From a virus: a DNA stretch of 64,000 nucleotides. The notes beneath the pieces are model-generated. The model saw nothing but the letters and a program-made list of their open reading frames with translations. It was not told the origin of the DNA and did no database searches. The stretch lies in IMG/VR virus record IMGVR_UViG_3300044698_000419, positions 1 through 64,000 of that record; one strand, written 5' to 3'. Made by a program: the position numbers and the translations under genes. This document shows positions 1-9,667 of this stretch, piece after piece. Positions within the stretch are counted from its first letter, which is position 1, and every line of letters begins with the position of its first letter.

Positions 1-44
1 GCTGGCAAAGGTACACTTGATGAATCACGACAGGAGGAGGTGAG

Positions 45-497
45 ATGGAGGATACGGCGCTCGAAACCGTTCAGCAGACGGGAGCCGACGTCCTCGCTCC
101 GTACATCGACGCGCCGCCGACCGCCACACGCCCCGCTTTCACCCAGGTACCCGACTGGGTGATGCTCTGCGAGAGGATCAGCGCCACCGCCTTCCGGCTG
201 TGGTGCGTCCTGCGTTCGATGCAGTTCGAGAAGGGGCCCGGCATACCGCCCATGACGCTCGACCAGGTGTGCTGGCTTCTTCCGGGCGTGAAGGGCAAGC
301 CGACCTCGCGTACGCGCGCACGGGAGGCCCTGGACAGCCTGCTCGAAGAAGGGCTGCTGAAGGACGTGAGCGAGGAAGGGCTGAGCAAGGCGGCACCCCG
401 GCTGTATCTCGCGATGGACGAGCCCCAGAGAGCCATGGGCTGGACCGGAGCGCGGCGCAAGTTCAGGGGCTACCGCCGCCTGTGGCGCAAGGGGTGA
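45..497 (+). CDS. Winged-HTH, phage replication-initiator-like protein
   Basis: SD AGGAGGAGG; N-terminal FTQVPDWVML..ISATAFRLW motif typical of phage initiator HTH domains and shared with 18053..19057. Confidence 0.65.
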   Translation: MEDTALETVQQTGADVLAPYIDAPPTATRPAFTQVPDWVMLCERISATAFRLWCVLRSMQFEKGPGIPPMTLDQVCWLLPGVKGKPTSRTRAREALDSLLEEGLLKDVSEEGLSKAAPRLYLAMDEPQRAMGWTGARRKFRGYRRLWRKG

Positions 498-502
498 CAC
501 CA

Positions 503-538
503 ACGGCCGCCCTCCACGGGGGGGAAGAGGGCGGCCGT
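503..538. terminator. GC-rich hairpin terminator
   Basis: ACGGCCGCCCTC...GAGGGCGGCCGT right after a stop codon. Confidence 0.6.
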
Positions 539-676
539 CAGGTGAAGAAAAGAGACCGGGGTGGCTCTCCTGGAACCACGGTAGCGCGGACCGCCGAAGA
601 TCGCACCAGGAACGCCGAACCTCTGGACTTGCTCAAGAAGAGTGACAGGGGCTTTCGTTGAGGGAAAGATGGAAGC

Positions 677-997
677 ATGACGATCCGAAACCCGTTCAAG
701 AAGAAGCCCGAAAAGAAGGTTGCCCCGGCCGCCGCGACCCCGCCGCCGCCGCGCATCCCCCACCAGACCCCGAGGGTCGAAACGGCGCCCCGCCCCGTCG
801 ACAACGGGCCCCTCTACACGACGCTCTACACGCCGCCGCCGACATCCTCGGGATCCAGCGACTGCGCCCCGACGAGCCACAGCAGTGGGGGCGGGCACAG
901 CAGCTCCTACGACTCGGGGTCCTCGCATTCGTCCAGCTCGTACGACAGCGGCTCCAGTTCCAGCTCAAGCTCCTGCGACAGCGGCGGGGGCTTCTGA
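677..997 (+). CDS. Hypothetical protein with Ser/Gly-rich low-complexity tail
   Basis: Purine-rich RBS; SSSYDSG repeats; GC3-rich codons. Confidence 0.65.
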   Translation: MTIRNPFKKKPEKKVAPAAATPPPPRIPHQTPRVETAPRPVDNGPLYTTLYTPPPTSSGSSDCAPTSHSSGGGHSSSYDSGSSHSSSSYDSGSSSSSSSCDSGGGF

Positions 998-1014
998 GAA
1001 GACCACGGACGGCC

Positions 1015-1049
1015 CTCCGCCCCGCGTTCCGGATGGACGCGGGGCGGAG
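1015..1049. terminator. Bidirectional hairpin terminator
   Basis: CTCCGCCCCGCGT...ACGCGGGGCGGAG between convergent genes. Confidence 0.65.
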
Positions 1050-1055
1050 CTGTGT

Positions 1056-4000
1056 TCAGGTGGCCAGCGCCACCCAGAAGCGGTTGCCACCGTCGGTGTT
1101 GATGGTCGGAAGGCTGGTCGGCAGAGTCGCACCGGGTGTGGTGTTGTAGCCGAAGCGCTTCACCGTGTTCAGGGCCAGCGTGTTCGGCGGAGCGCCCGCC
1201 GAGTTCTCGTACTGAAGAATCTGCGGGCCGTCGGCCGGTGAGGCGGTGTAGACGTGCCGCCAGGCCACCATGTAGATGCCCGCCGGGAGGTAGGTGGGAC
1301 CGGCGTCGAGCGGGGCGTAGTGCATGGCGCCGCCCACGTCGTCCACCACGGCCGGTTCACTGCCGGGTGCCGTCAGGTCGGCCACTCCGCCGAGACGGGT
1401 GGTTCCGTCGGCACTCCAGATACCGGCCCACGATCCAGTCAGAAGCCCGCCCGCGTAGCCGCCTGCGTACCAGACGATCTTCCCCACGGTCTGCGGGTTG
1501 TGCAGCACGATGGCCGTCACGCGCATGGTGCCGATGCCCGAGAAGGCCGTGTTCGACTGGCAGTTCGCCGGATCGGAGGACCAGGCAAGCAGGCCGACAT
1601 CCTGGGGAGCCCAGGTCTCCGCCAGATGCGACTGGGTGAGGTTCCTGACGGGAGCGCTGGTAGCTCCCGTGACGTAGGTGATGTTCGACCCGAGACGGAG
1701 AGCCCCGTTGCCGCCGCCGTCGTTGAGCCCGGCCGTGGCCGCGTGCAGGTAGGCATTGTCGATCTGTACGTATGCGGAGTCGGTGATCGAGCCGCCGTAC
1801 TCGGGGCTGCTCGTGCCCGCGCCGCCGTCGTCCACGCCGGGGAAGTTCGTCCAGTCTCCGATGATGACGGGCGTGGCCGCCGAGTTCACGGCGACACCCG
1901 CATACCCCCCGCCACCGGCACCTCCGTTGCGGCCGTCGCGCCGGGTCATGAGGTTCGAGATGACGAGCGGCGGGGTGCCCGAGGCGTCGATGAAGACGCC
2001 GTTGAAGCCGTTGCGGTCCGTGGAGCAGGCCGACATCAGCAGGCCGCCGGATCCCTGTCCGTCGCCCCAGTCGCCCGAGAGGTAGAACCCGTGGTTGCCG
2101 TGCCATTCCGCGCGGCAGCCGATGATCTGGGAGTTCGCGGCGTTCTGGAGCATGAAGCCGTTGGCGAAGTTCCCGATGGCCTGGCAGTCGACCATTGTCA
2201 GGTCGACCATGCGCTCGCCGAACATGCCGTGGGCTTCGTTGTTGTCCAGCATGACGCGGTGCATCCGCCAGGAGTACGGAGCGATGCCGCCTTCGAGCCC
2301 GCAGTAGATGCCGGAGTTCGGGAAGCGGCGGATCGTGACATCGCGCAGGGCCACATTCTGGATGTTGCCCTTGGCCTGGATGCCGTCGACTCCAGCCGCC
2401 ACGTTGCCGCCGTCGAGAGTGACGTTCAGGACCCGCTGTTCACCGGAGATGGCGGCGTATCCGCCAGTGGCCTGATCGAGGAACCGGATCGCGGCCACGC
2501 CTGTGAAACCGGCCGTCGGCATGATGACGACACCGGGCTCATAGAGACCCGTGACGGTCATCAGGTCCGAGCGGATGCCCATGAGCGTCTTACCGGGGTG
2601 CACGACGAGCGGAACGCCGATGGCGTACGGCTTGGCCGGAAGGGCGATGACGCTACCCGCAGGGGAGTTCGTCAGGATCGTGTTGATGGCCGCCGCGTCG
2701 TCGGTCACACCGTCACCGACGGCCCCGTGATCGAGCGCGTTGAAGTAGAGCGAGTCGATCGCCGAGTAGAGCGTGTCGGCCGTGGCCTGGTCGAGCGCTC
2801 CGACGTCGGCGGCATCCAGGGTGACGTCCCCGGCCTCTCCGTTGACGGAGGTGACCAGGGTCGCGGGCAGTTGCTCGGGCGGTACGGTCCCCGCCGCGTC
2901 GAGGGAGGCCACCCCGTTGGCGGCGCCCACCATGTCGGACGTGACGATCGGGTCACCGTCTGCGCCGCCGCCGAAGTTCGAGCGGGCCACGGTACCGGGG
3001 GCGTTCAGGTCGAGGGCTCCGACCGTGAGCGTGCCGTTCGTGATCAGCATGTTGCCGACGATGAGGTTGTCACCGGAGTCGCCGACGGCCTCTTCGCGGA
3101 TCAACGAGCGGGCGGCGCCGTCCACGGTGTGCGAGGAGATCGAGTTGTCGGAAATCAGGTTGCCGGTCGCCGCGAACTCCAGGTGGATACCAGAGTAGGT
3201 TCCGGCGGTGCCGATGGCCCCCACGCCGAAGATGGTGTTGCCTTCGATTACGCAGTTGGTCGCCGCGAGGAAGACTGCGTCACCACCGACTCCGTCGAAG
3301 TTGCATCCTGTGACCTTCGTGGCGGAGGCGTCCTGCACGCGGATGGCCGGGAGGCTGTTTCCTCCGCCGACGAAGTTGCAGCCCATGACCGTCTGCGTAC
3401 CGGCCTGGTCGTAAATACCGGCCGCCCCCGCCGCACCGGATCCACCGAGGAACTGGAAGTCGCTGGCCAGGATGACATTCTCGTCGTTCGACTGGATGAA
3501 GACGCCCCGGCCTTCCCCGGTGCTGTCCATCGCGTTGTCGAAGAGGCAGTGGAGCACCTGGTTGTTGTGACCAAAGACGGGGCCGGTCTGCGGCCCCAGG
3601 AACAGGCCGGTGCTGAGGCAGGCCGTGAAGTGGATGTGCTGGAAGACGCATTCGACGGCACCGGGGGCCCAGATTCCCCCGCTGGGCCCGGTGGTCTGGC
3701 CGGTCAGGTTGCCGTCGATCGTGAAGTGGGAGAACCGCGCCCTGGTTTCGAGCCCAGAGAAAGTGATCGCGTAGTCGTCGACCGCCGGGGACAGCTTCAG
3801 GATCGTGCCCCACCCTGATCCCCTCAGCTCCAGTCCGGCGCCGTCGGGGATGTTGAGTGTGGCCCCCAGCCAGAACGTGCCGTCGAGGAGACGAACGGTG
3901 CCCTTGCCGGTCGCCGCATCCACCAGGTCGATGGCCTGCTGGATGATGAGATGATCGTCCGTTCCGGTGCAGACGTAGTCCGCTCCGGAGGCGTTGCGGG

Positions 4001-6158
4001 AGTCGGCCGCCGCCACGATCACGTCGCCCACGCCGACGTCCCCGGCGGTGAGCAGCACATCCGGCCCGGCTTCGCCGTTGACGGTCTGCACAGCGGCTTC
4101 TCCGGCCGTCGTGGCATCCGTGATGAGGCCGACCAGTTCGAGGGCGTCCAGCAGGCTCTGGAGGGCCGCACCCGTAGTGCGCTCGCCAGAGACGGTCTGC
4201 CTGCCGACGGGAACCGCGCCGTAAAGGCCGATCTGGTTCGCCACACCGTCGATCGTGTGCACGGTCCCGTCGAAGGGCCCGTCGCCGAAGACCCACTTTC
4301 CGGAAGCGTGGGCCGTGAAGGTGCCGGACTCCAGCCGCAGGTACGTGTGCTGCGTTCCCAGGAAGTTGACCAGCTCGAAGACCGACAGAAACAGGTCTGC
4401 GCCGGACGCGTCGAGGTCGAGGGAAGCGCCGGACTGCCGGAAGCGGTACGCCTTCGCGTCCGTCTCGCCGATCAGGAGGTCGGTGTTCAGGAAGGCCAGC
4501 ACGCCCGCGCTCAGACGCCGCAGGAAGGTGTCTGCGGGGCCGGTGCCGGGGCCCCACTGCATCTCGCCGTCGATCAGCCTGCGCCAGAGATCGGCCACGC
4601 TGGTAGCGGAACGCGAGGACTGGGCGGTATCGGCTTCCGCGTCCATGACGGTGGAGATCTCGCCAGTGAACTCGGCACCCGAGAGCAGCGCGTACCCACT
4701 CAGATCGACCGAGGTTCCGCCGCCGGGCCCGGACCCGAACTTGCCCGCCTTGATGATCGAAGCCTGCGTGATGTCGGAGAGGTCGGTGGCCGATCCCTTC
4801 ACCGCGAGATATCCCAGGAGGATCGCGTTGCCGGGGAGTGCGGGGTTCGTCGCGAAGGGAGCGGTTCCGGCGGACGAAACGGCCTCGTCGAGCGTGGCGT
4901 AGGTCTGCTGGCCGTACTGGAGGACGTGGATCTCGGAGCCCTCGTTTGTGGGGAACATCCAGAGCTGGTGCACCACGGAGGTTTCGGCCGTGCCGCCGAC
5001 GGGGGTCAGCGTGCCGCCGCTGTCGTAGTTTCCGACGTCCACGGTGACCGTGGAGTCGAGGTAGGGCAGCTCGGAAGTGCGCAGGGCGTGCACCCAGGCG
5101 GCGGGCTCCTCGCCGATCGTGTTCACGATGTGCGGGTTCGACGTTTCCATGCCGCCGTCGAAGTGGTTCCAGCCCCGGGAGAAGACCTGCCCCGAACTCA
5201 CGTCGAGGGAGAGGTTCACGCCGTTCGGGCTCACATCGTTGCCGGTGATGCCGAAGGCTCCGATGGCATCCATCAGGTCGTAGAGCTGATTGACCGGATG
5301 CCCGGCGATCGTGGGAATCGACTGCGCCAGGAAGATGGATCCGTTGTCCTGGGCGACCATGCCGATCACGAGGAAGTTCCGGCGCTCTTCGGCGGAAGGC
5401 CGGGTCTCCTGCTGATAGACGGCCTGGTCGGCATCCATGAGAAGCCAGGTGATCGTGCGTTCCTGGGCCACCGCATCGAGCTGGACGGTGATCGGGGCGG
5501 TGACCTCGACCTCCTGGACCGTCACGGGGTCGGTGAGGTAGTTGACGATCCGGCCCGAGAGCGGGTTGATGATCACGGCGAGCGGATCGGTGCCGCTGGG
5601 GGAGATGTCTCCGCCCTCGGAGATGCCCGTGTCCAGGCCGCCGTCGATCCCCGCCTCGCCCTGCGGGCCGACGAGGGAGTCCAGCCACTCTTCCTCGGTC
5701 CCCTCGAAGCCGTTCTCGACCGCGATCTCGTAGGCCGAGTCACCCGTGGCGCCGGGATCCCCCTGGGGCCCCGTGGGACCCGGGACGGGGACGTAGTCCA
5801 CGCCGCAGATGTCGACCGAGAGCACATCGGTGATGTCGAGCGCGCCACTGCCGACGGGGACCTCGAAAATCCCTTCTTCCCAGTCGCCGCCCACGAACTG
5901 GCGCAGCCGCCACAGTCGGCCCTCTTCGGGAAGAACGTCTTCCGCGTCCGTGCAGACGACGTCCTCGGAGAAGCTGCCCTCGGCGTCGAGATTCACCTTT
6001 CCGCCGCCGAGGAGAATCTGGTTTCCGCCCTGATCGGTCCATCGCTCGGGAATGGGCTCGAAGATGACGTAGTGGTCACCGCTGGTTCCGTCGTACGGCT
6101 CGCCCGTAACCGGGTTGGTGTACGTACCGGTGACGGTCCGTTCGGTGGGCAGGGCCAT
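1056..6158 (-). CDS. Large tailspike/tail-fibre-like protein with collagen-like segment and two pectate-lyase-like beta-helix domains
   Basis: GPTGPQGDPG collagen repeat, SAYEIAVENGFEGTEEEWL motif, two VNGEAG-xxxxx-DVG linkers, two beta-helix cap motifs (ADYVCTGTDD; GAVGDGVTDD). Confidence 0.85.
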   Translation of the reverse strand: MALPTERTVTGTYTNPVTGEPYDGTSGDHYVIFEPIPERWTDQGGNQILLGGGKVNLDAEGSFSEDVVCTDAEDVLPEEGRLWRLRQFVGGDWEEGIFEVPVGSGALDITDVLSVDICGVDYVPVPGPTGPQGDPGATGDSAYEIAVENGFEGTEEEWLDSLVGPQGEAGIDGGLDTGISEGGDISPSGTDPLAVIINPLSGRIVNYLTDPVTVQEVEVTAPITVQLDAVAQERTITWLLMDADQAVYQQETRPSAEERRNFLVIGMVAQDNGSIFLAQSIPTIAGHPVNQLYDLMDAIGAFGITGNDVSPNGVNLSLDVSSGQVFSRGWNHFDGGMETSNPHIVNTIGEEPAAWVHALRTSELPYLDSTVTVDVGNYDSGGTLTPVGGTAETSVVHQLWMFPTNEGSEIHVLQYGQQTYATLDEAVSSAGTAPFATNPALPGNAILLGYLAVKGSATDLSDITQASIIKAGKFGSGPGGGTSVDLSGYALLSGAEFTGEISTVMDAEADTAQSSRSATSVADLWRRLIDGEMQWGPGTGPADTFLRRLSAGVLAFLNTDLLIGETDAKAYRFRQSGASLDLDASGADLFLSVFELVNFLGTQHTYLRLESGTFTAHASGKWVFGDGPFDGTVHTIDGVANQIGLYGAVPVGRQTVSGERTTGAALQSLLDALELVGLITDATTAGEAAVQTVNGEAGPDVLLTAGDVGVGDVIVAAADSRNASGADYVCTGTDDHLIIQQAIDLVDAATGKGTVRLLDGTFWLGATLNIPDGAGLELRGSGWGTILKLSPAVDDYAITFSGLETRARFSHFTIDGNLTGQTTGPSGGIWAPGAVECVFQHIHFTACLSTGLFLGPQTGPVFGHNNQVLHCLFDNAMDSTGEGRGVFIQSNDENVILASDFQFLGGSGAAGAAGIYDQAGTQTVMGCNFVGGGNSLPAIRVQDASATKVTGCNFDGVGGDAVFLAATNCVIEGNTIFGVGAIGTAGTYSGIHLEFAATGNLISDNSISSHTVDGAARSLIREEAVGDSGDNLIVGNMLITNGTLTVGALDLNAPGTVARSNFGGGADGDPIVTSDMVGAANGVASLDAAGTVPPEQLPATLVTSVNGEAGDVTLDAADVGALDQATADTLYSAIDSLYFNALDHGAVGDGVTDDAAAINTILTNSPAGSVIALPAKPYAIGVPLVVHPGKTLMGIRSDLMTVTGLYEPGVVIMPTAGFTGVAAIRFLDQATGGYAAISGEQRVLNVTLDGGNVAAGVDGIQAKGNIQNVALRDVTIRRFPNSGIYCGLEGGIAPYSWRMHRVMLDNNEAHGMFGERMVDLTMVDCQAIGNFANGFMLQNAANSQIIGCRAEWHGNHGFYLSGDWGDGQGSGGLLMSACSTDRNGFNGVFIDASGTPPLVISNLMTRRDGRNGGAGGGGYAGVAVNSAATPVIIGDWTNFPGVDDGGAGTSSPEYGGSITDSAYVQIDNAYLHAATAGLNDGGGNGALRLGSNITYVTGATSAPVRNLTQSHLAETWAPQDVGLLAWSSDPANCQSNTAFSGIGTMRVTAIVLHNPQTVGKIVWYAGGYAGGLLTGSWAGIWSADGTTRLGGVADLTAPGSEPAVVDDVGGAMHYAPLDAGPTYLPAGIYMVAWRHVYTASPADGPQILQYENSAGAPPNTLALNTVKRFGYNTTPGATLPTSLPTINTDGGNRFWVALAT

Positions 6159-6226
6159 TCGAGCCTCCTCCAGATGCTGAGAGCAGCGTAGACGGAGGTC
6201 AGGCCCGATGGGATCACGGGAACGCA

Positions 6227-6259
6227 GAACGGGCGGCCGATGTGTCCGGCCGCCCGTTC
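6227..6259. terminator. Hairpin terminator
   Basis: GAACGGGCGGCCG...CGGCCGCCCGTTC downstream of the vWA gene. Confidence 0.6.
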
Positions 6260-6278
6260 CGTGCCTTGCGCGTGCTGC

Positions 6279-7373
6279 CTACAGCATGACCAGGAGTCGC
6301 GTGTTCGGCTTCAGCTTGCGGTTCACCGACTTCGACTGCACGTAGACCTCCAGGTCGGTGTTGTGACCGGCCTTGACGGAAATCGAGCCCGCCGTGGTGC
6401 CGGGACCGAAGAGCAGGTCGCGGGCGGCCTGACCGGTGAAGACGCGGTCCGTGGACTTCTCCAGGATCGCGACCTCCTTCGACGCCTGAACGGTCACACG
6501 GGCGCCGAGCTGGTAGTACGCGCAGCCCTGGTAGTACGGCAGACCGTGCTGCTGCACGAAGGGACGGATCTCCGCCTCCGCCTTCACGGAGATCAGCTTG
6601 TACTTCCGGGCGTCCAGCGGCTCCAGGTTCGCCTTCACCTGGTCGACCGAGATGTCCTGGCCGACGGCGAAGAGGTTCTTGGTTCCGCGCACGCCCGCGT
6701 CACGCCCGCGCAGGAAGCTCGAAGCCGCCGCCGTCATGGTGCCGATGGCCTCTTCGACGCCCTTGGTCGTGTCGGCATCCCAGATGGAGATGTTGCCCGC
6801 CGGGAAGCCGTACTCCTGGGCCTTGCGCTTGGCCAGCGAGCTGGGCACGAGGATCGCGGAGGTCCAGTGGTCCTCCAGGCCGCCGAGCACCTTCTGGATC
6901 CGGCTCTTCCACTCCGCGAGCTGGCTCGGCCGCTTCACATAGCTGCCGTCGGGCGAGGAGTGCATCTCGCCGGTCTGCGAGCACCCCGACGCGTTCTCGA
7001 TGCCGTCCGTCCAGGTCACCTGGAGGAACGAGTGCTCGCCGTACTTCTCGGAGACCTCGTTCTTCAGGTCTTCGAGCGAGAGGCAGGTGGCCTCGATCAG
7101 GGAGGTGGCGCCGCCGTCGACCCGGTAGACACCCTGCATGGAGGGCAGGTCCTGAACGCTCATGTCCCAGACGAGGCACTTCACCTCGTGGTCGAAGGAG
7201 TAGAGCGAGATGCGGGTCTCGTGGCCGAGGGCCTTCGACTCTTCCTTGAGGCCCTTCACGAAACCGTCCACCACGCGGATGACGGTCCGCTCGTGCTGGT
7301 GCATCGAGCCGCTGCGGTCGATGACGAGGGCGACGTGGTTGACCTTGTGCTTCTTCAGTACGTCCGTGGTCAC
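6279..7373 (-). CDS. von Willebrand factor A (vWA) domain protein
   Basis: MIDAS motif VIDRSGSM, GATSL, TDGIEN; GTG start at 7373 behind AGGAG. Confidence 0.85.
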   Translation of the reverse strand: MTTDVLKKHKVNHVALVIDRSGSMHQHERTVIRVVDGFVKGLKEESKALGHETRISLYSFDHEVKCLVWDMSVQDLPSMQGVYRVDGGATSLIEATCLSLEDLKNEVSEKYGEHSFLQVTWTDGIENASGCSQTGEMHSSPDGSYVKRPSQLAEWKSRIQKVLGGLEDHWTSAILVPSSLAKRKAQEYGFPAGNISIWDADTTKGVEEAIGTMTAAASSFLRGRDAGVRGTKNLFAVGQDISVDQVKANLEPLDARKYKLISVKAEAEIRPFVQQHGLPYYQGCAYYQLGARVTVQASKEVAILEKSTDRVFTGQAARDLLFGPGTTAGSISVKAGHNTDLEVYVQSKSVNRKLKPNTRLLVML

Positions 7374-7437
7374 TTTTCTTCTCCTGGCCGTGTGTGTTTC
7401 GTTCTTGTTCTTGTGGACTGTTTCTCTCGTGGTACCC

Positions 7438-7460
7438 ACTCTATACGGTGGGTCTGACAA
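7438..7460 (-). promoter_or_regulatory. RecA-NDp/PafBC-type DNA-damage promoter
   Basis: Minus strand reads TTGTCAG-ACCCACCGTA-TAGAGT, matching TGTCRG-N10-TA-N3-T. Confidence 0.55.
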
Positions 7461-7526
7461 TGGCCTTCGCGTAGCCCTGACCTGCACTTATGGCAGGATC
7501 GAAAGGTCATCACCGAGGGAGGCCCC

Positions 7527-8153
7527 GTGAAGGAAGTCCGCGTCTACGCCTGGCGTGGCGGAGTGGAGAACTTCGGGGACGAGCTGGGGCCCGTGGTGCT
7601 GGCGAAACTGGGGTACAAAGTCACCCGGGTCGAGCACATCCATGAGGCCGACATGCTGACGGCCGGGTCCCTGCTGGAGAACGCCGCCGGGAACGCGCGG
7701 GAGGGGGCCGTGATCTGGGGATCGGGGCTTCTCTACGGGGAGCCGGTGGACGTCTCGCGCCTGGATGTGCGGGCCGTGCGGGGCACGCTGACCGCGCGGA
7801 CGCTCGGAGTGGATGTTCCAGTGGGGGATCCTGGGTGCCTGGTGCCCGAGCTGTGGGACCGGTCGCCCGTGGTGCGGGATCTGGGTGTCGTCAAGCACTA
7901 CGTGGACGAGCGGGAGTATTCGTGGGCCGACGCGGTGATCAGCGCGGACCGGCCAGTGGAAGAGGTGATCGACTTCATCGGGTCGTGTGAGCGGATCGCC
8001 TCGTCCAGCCTGCACGGACTGATCGTCGCCTCGGCGTGGGGGATTCCCGCCGTCCGGCTCCATCACGAGGAAGTGGCCGGAGGCGACTTCAAGTGGGCCG
8101 ACTGGCTCTCCGGGGCCGGAGATCCGGAGAGCCTGCTGCGGGCCCTGGACTAG
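7527..8153 (+). CDS. Polysaccharide pyruvyltransferase family protein
   Basis: NFGDEL, AGSLL, IWGSG, AVRG, GDPG and SSSLHGLIVA motifs. Confidence 0.85.
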   Translation: MKEVRVYAWRGGVENFGDELGPVVLAKLGYKVTRVEHIHEADMLTAGSLLENAAGNAREGAVIWGSGLLYGEPVDVSRLDVRAVRGTLTARTLGVDVPVGDPGCLVPELWDRSPVVRDLGVVKHYVDEREYSWADAVISADRPVEEVIDFIGSCERIASSSLHGLIVASAWGIPAVRLHHEEVAGGDFKWADWLSGAGDPESLLRALD

Positions 8154-8872
8154 GACCAGTAGACGTAGAGCACGGGGCGGAGCTGGAGCCACACGTCGGG
8201 CCCGTTGAAGAGGTTCAGCCACGAGATGACGTGCCTGATGTCGCTCGGTACGGCCGGTGCCATGTGCCTCTGCGCCTCGTCCGAGTCGTCGAATCCCAGC
8301 GCCCTGGCGAGATGGTCGGCGGCCTTCCGGCGCTCCGGCCTGACCTCTTCACTCTCGTCCTTGCGGTCGAGCAGGAGGTTGATCAGGCGTCTGGCCGTGG
8401 AGTCGATGCGCCTGCCGTCGCGGCTGTCCATGAAGATCCCCTCGAAGGGGAAGATGCCGTAGGGCATGGGAATCACGCGAGGCGTGATGGAGTCGTGCAG
8501 TGCGCACTCCTCGACGTGGTCGATCGGATCGTTGTAGCGGGACCACCGGTCGAAGCCGACCGGCTGGATGAGCAGGACGTCGCGGCGCCCTGCCTCCGGT
8601 GTGTGGGTGACGGGCCACGGCAGGCGACCGTCGCGCTTCTTCGCCTCCTCGACCATCGCGATCGTCATCGTCACGTCGAACCAGGCGTCGGATTCCGGTG
8701 CCTCTCCGTCGCGGATGGCCTCCAGGTATCCCAGGTACCCGGAGCCGACCTCGTCGGGCGGCATGAGCAGATGACTGGAGGCGCTGATGCGGGGATCGGT
8801 GATGTGACCGTTGTCGTCGTTCTGGACGTCGGTCAGGGCCCAGCCGAGCTTCTTGTGGATGCGGATGCCCAC
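8150..8872 (-). CDS. Hypothetical protein
   Basis: GTG behind GGAAAGGAAG; good codon bias. Confidence 0.7.
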   Translation of the reverse strand: MGIRIHKKLGWALTDVQNDDNGHITDPRISASSHLLMPPDEVGSGYLGYLEAIRDGEAPESDAWFDVTMTIAMVEEAKKRDGRLPWPVTHTPEAGRRDVLLIQPVGFDRWSRYNDPIDHVEECALHDSITPRVIPMPYGIFPFEGIFMDSRDGRRIDSTARRLINLLLDRKDESEEVRPERRKAADHLARALGFDDSDEAQRHMAPAVPSDIRHVISWLNLFNGPDVWLQLRPVLYVYWS

Positions 8873-8927
8873 GGTTTCTTCCTTTCCGTGCGACCAGCCG
8901 CCCGGCGGGATGCCGGGCGGCCTCACG

Positions 8928-9404
8928 TCAGACAGTGGCGATGACGAGCGCCGCGACCCCGAGCCAGAAGTGGTGCCAGCTCTGGTCCAGGGCGTACGCG
9001 CCCGTGCCGAGGGTCGGAGCGTACTCACCCTCAGCGGTCACCGGGTGTTCCGGATGAGCGGGGGTGCCGAGATCGTAGAACTCGCCCTTTCCGCAGGTCT
9101 TGGCGAAGGCGGCGAGCGTCGTACGGCGGTCTGCCCAGTAGTGGGTGACCGCGTCGATGCCGAACCCCAGCGCCAGGCCCAGGGCCGTTACAGGAAGATC
9201 GAGCAGGATGACAGCAGGCACGAGCAGGAATCCCTTGGTGAGGGTGAGGCCGACGACGTGCCTGCCGCACGCGAGCCTGCCGTGCCAGCCCGGCTTGCCC
9301 TTCTCCGCCGCCTGGCACGAGGTCTGGACCCAGTGGTCACCCACGGTGTGAGCGACGTAGAGGACGGCGAACACGGCCGCGAATACGGCGGCGGAGTCAG
9401 GCAT
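8928..9404 (-). CDS. DUF3307-like membrane protein
   Basis: HxxGDxxxQ, H-YWAD and DQxxH motifs; hydrophobic segments. Confidence 0.75.
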   Translation of the reverse strand: MPDSAAVFAAVFAVLYVAHTVGDHWVQTSCQAAEKGKPGWHGRLACGRHVVGLTLTKGFLLVPAVILLDLPVTALGLALGFGIDAVTHYWADRRTTLAAFAKTCGKGEFYDLGTPAHPEHPVTAEGEYAPTLGTGAYALDQSWHHFWLGVAALVIATV

Positions 9405-9667
9405 CAGACCATCTTCACTTCGTTCGTGCCCGCCCACCAGATCAAGCTGATGCTGCTCAGCTCTTCCAGGTGGCGGATCAGGTACCCGTGACTCTCGTCC
9501 ACGCGGATGCCGTGCGCCTGGCAGGTGAGCCGGACCAGGGCCGCCGTCGCCGCCGAGCTGACGCCGCTGCTCAGGGTCGACTGACCCAGGCGTCCGATGG
9601 AGTCGCGCTCGGAGGTGTCGTTCAGGAAGCCGACTGACGTGACGTGAATCATGTCGAGGCCGTTCAC
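9404..9667 (-). CDS. Hypothetical protein
   Basis: Coupled overlaps at both ends. Confidence 0.6.
   Translation of the reverse strand: MNGLDMIHVTSVGFLNDTSERDSIGRLGQSTLSSGVSSAATAALVRLTCQAHGIRVDESHGYLIRHLEELSSISLIWWAGTNEVKMV

Noticed and set aside
860-990. Ser-rich repeats as a VNTR or RiPP precursor
   Set aside because: Imperfect codon-level low complexity; no modifying enzymes nearby.
1254-6191. Long + strand ORFs 1254..3818 and 3951..6191 and frame-shifted 3280..5688
   Set aside because: Shadow ORFs of the 1700-aa gene caused by GC3 bias; no motifs.
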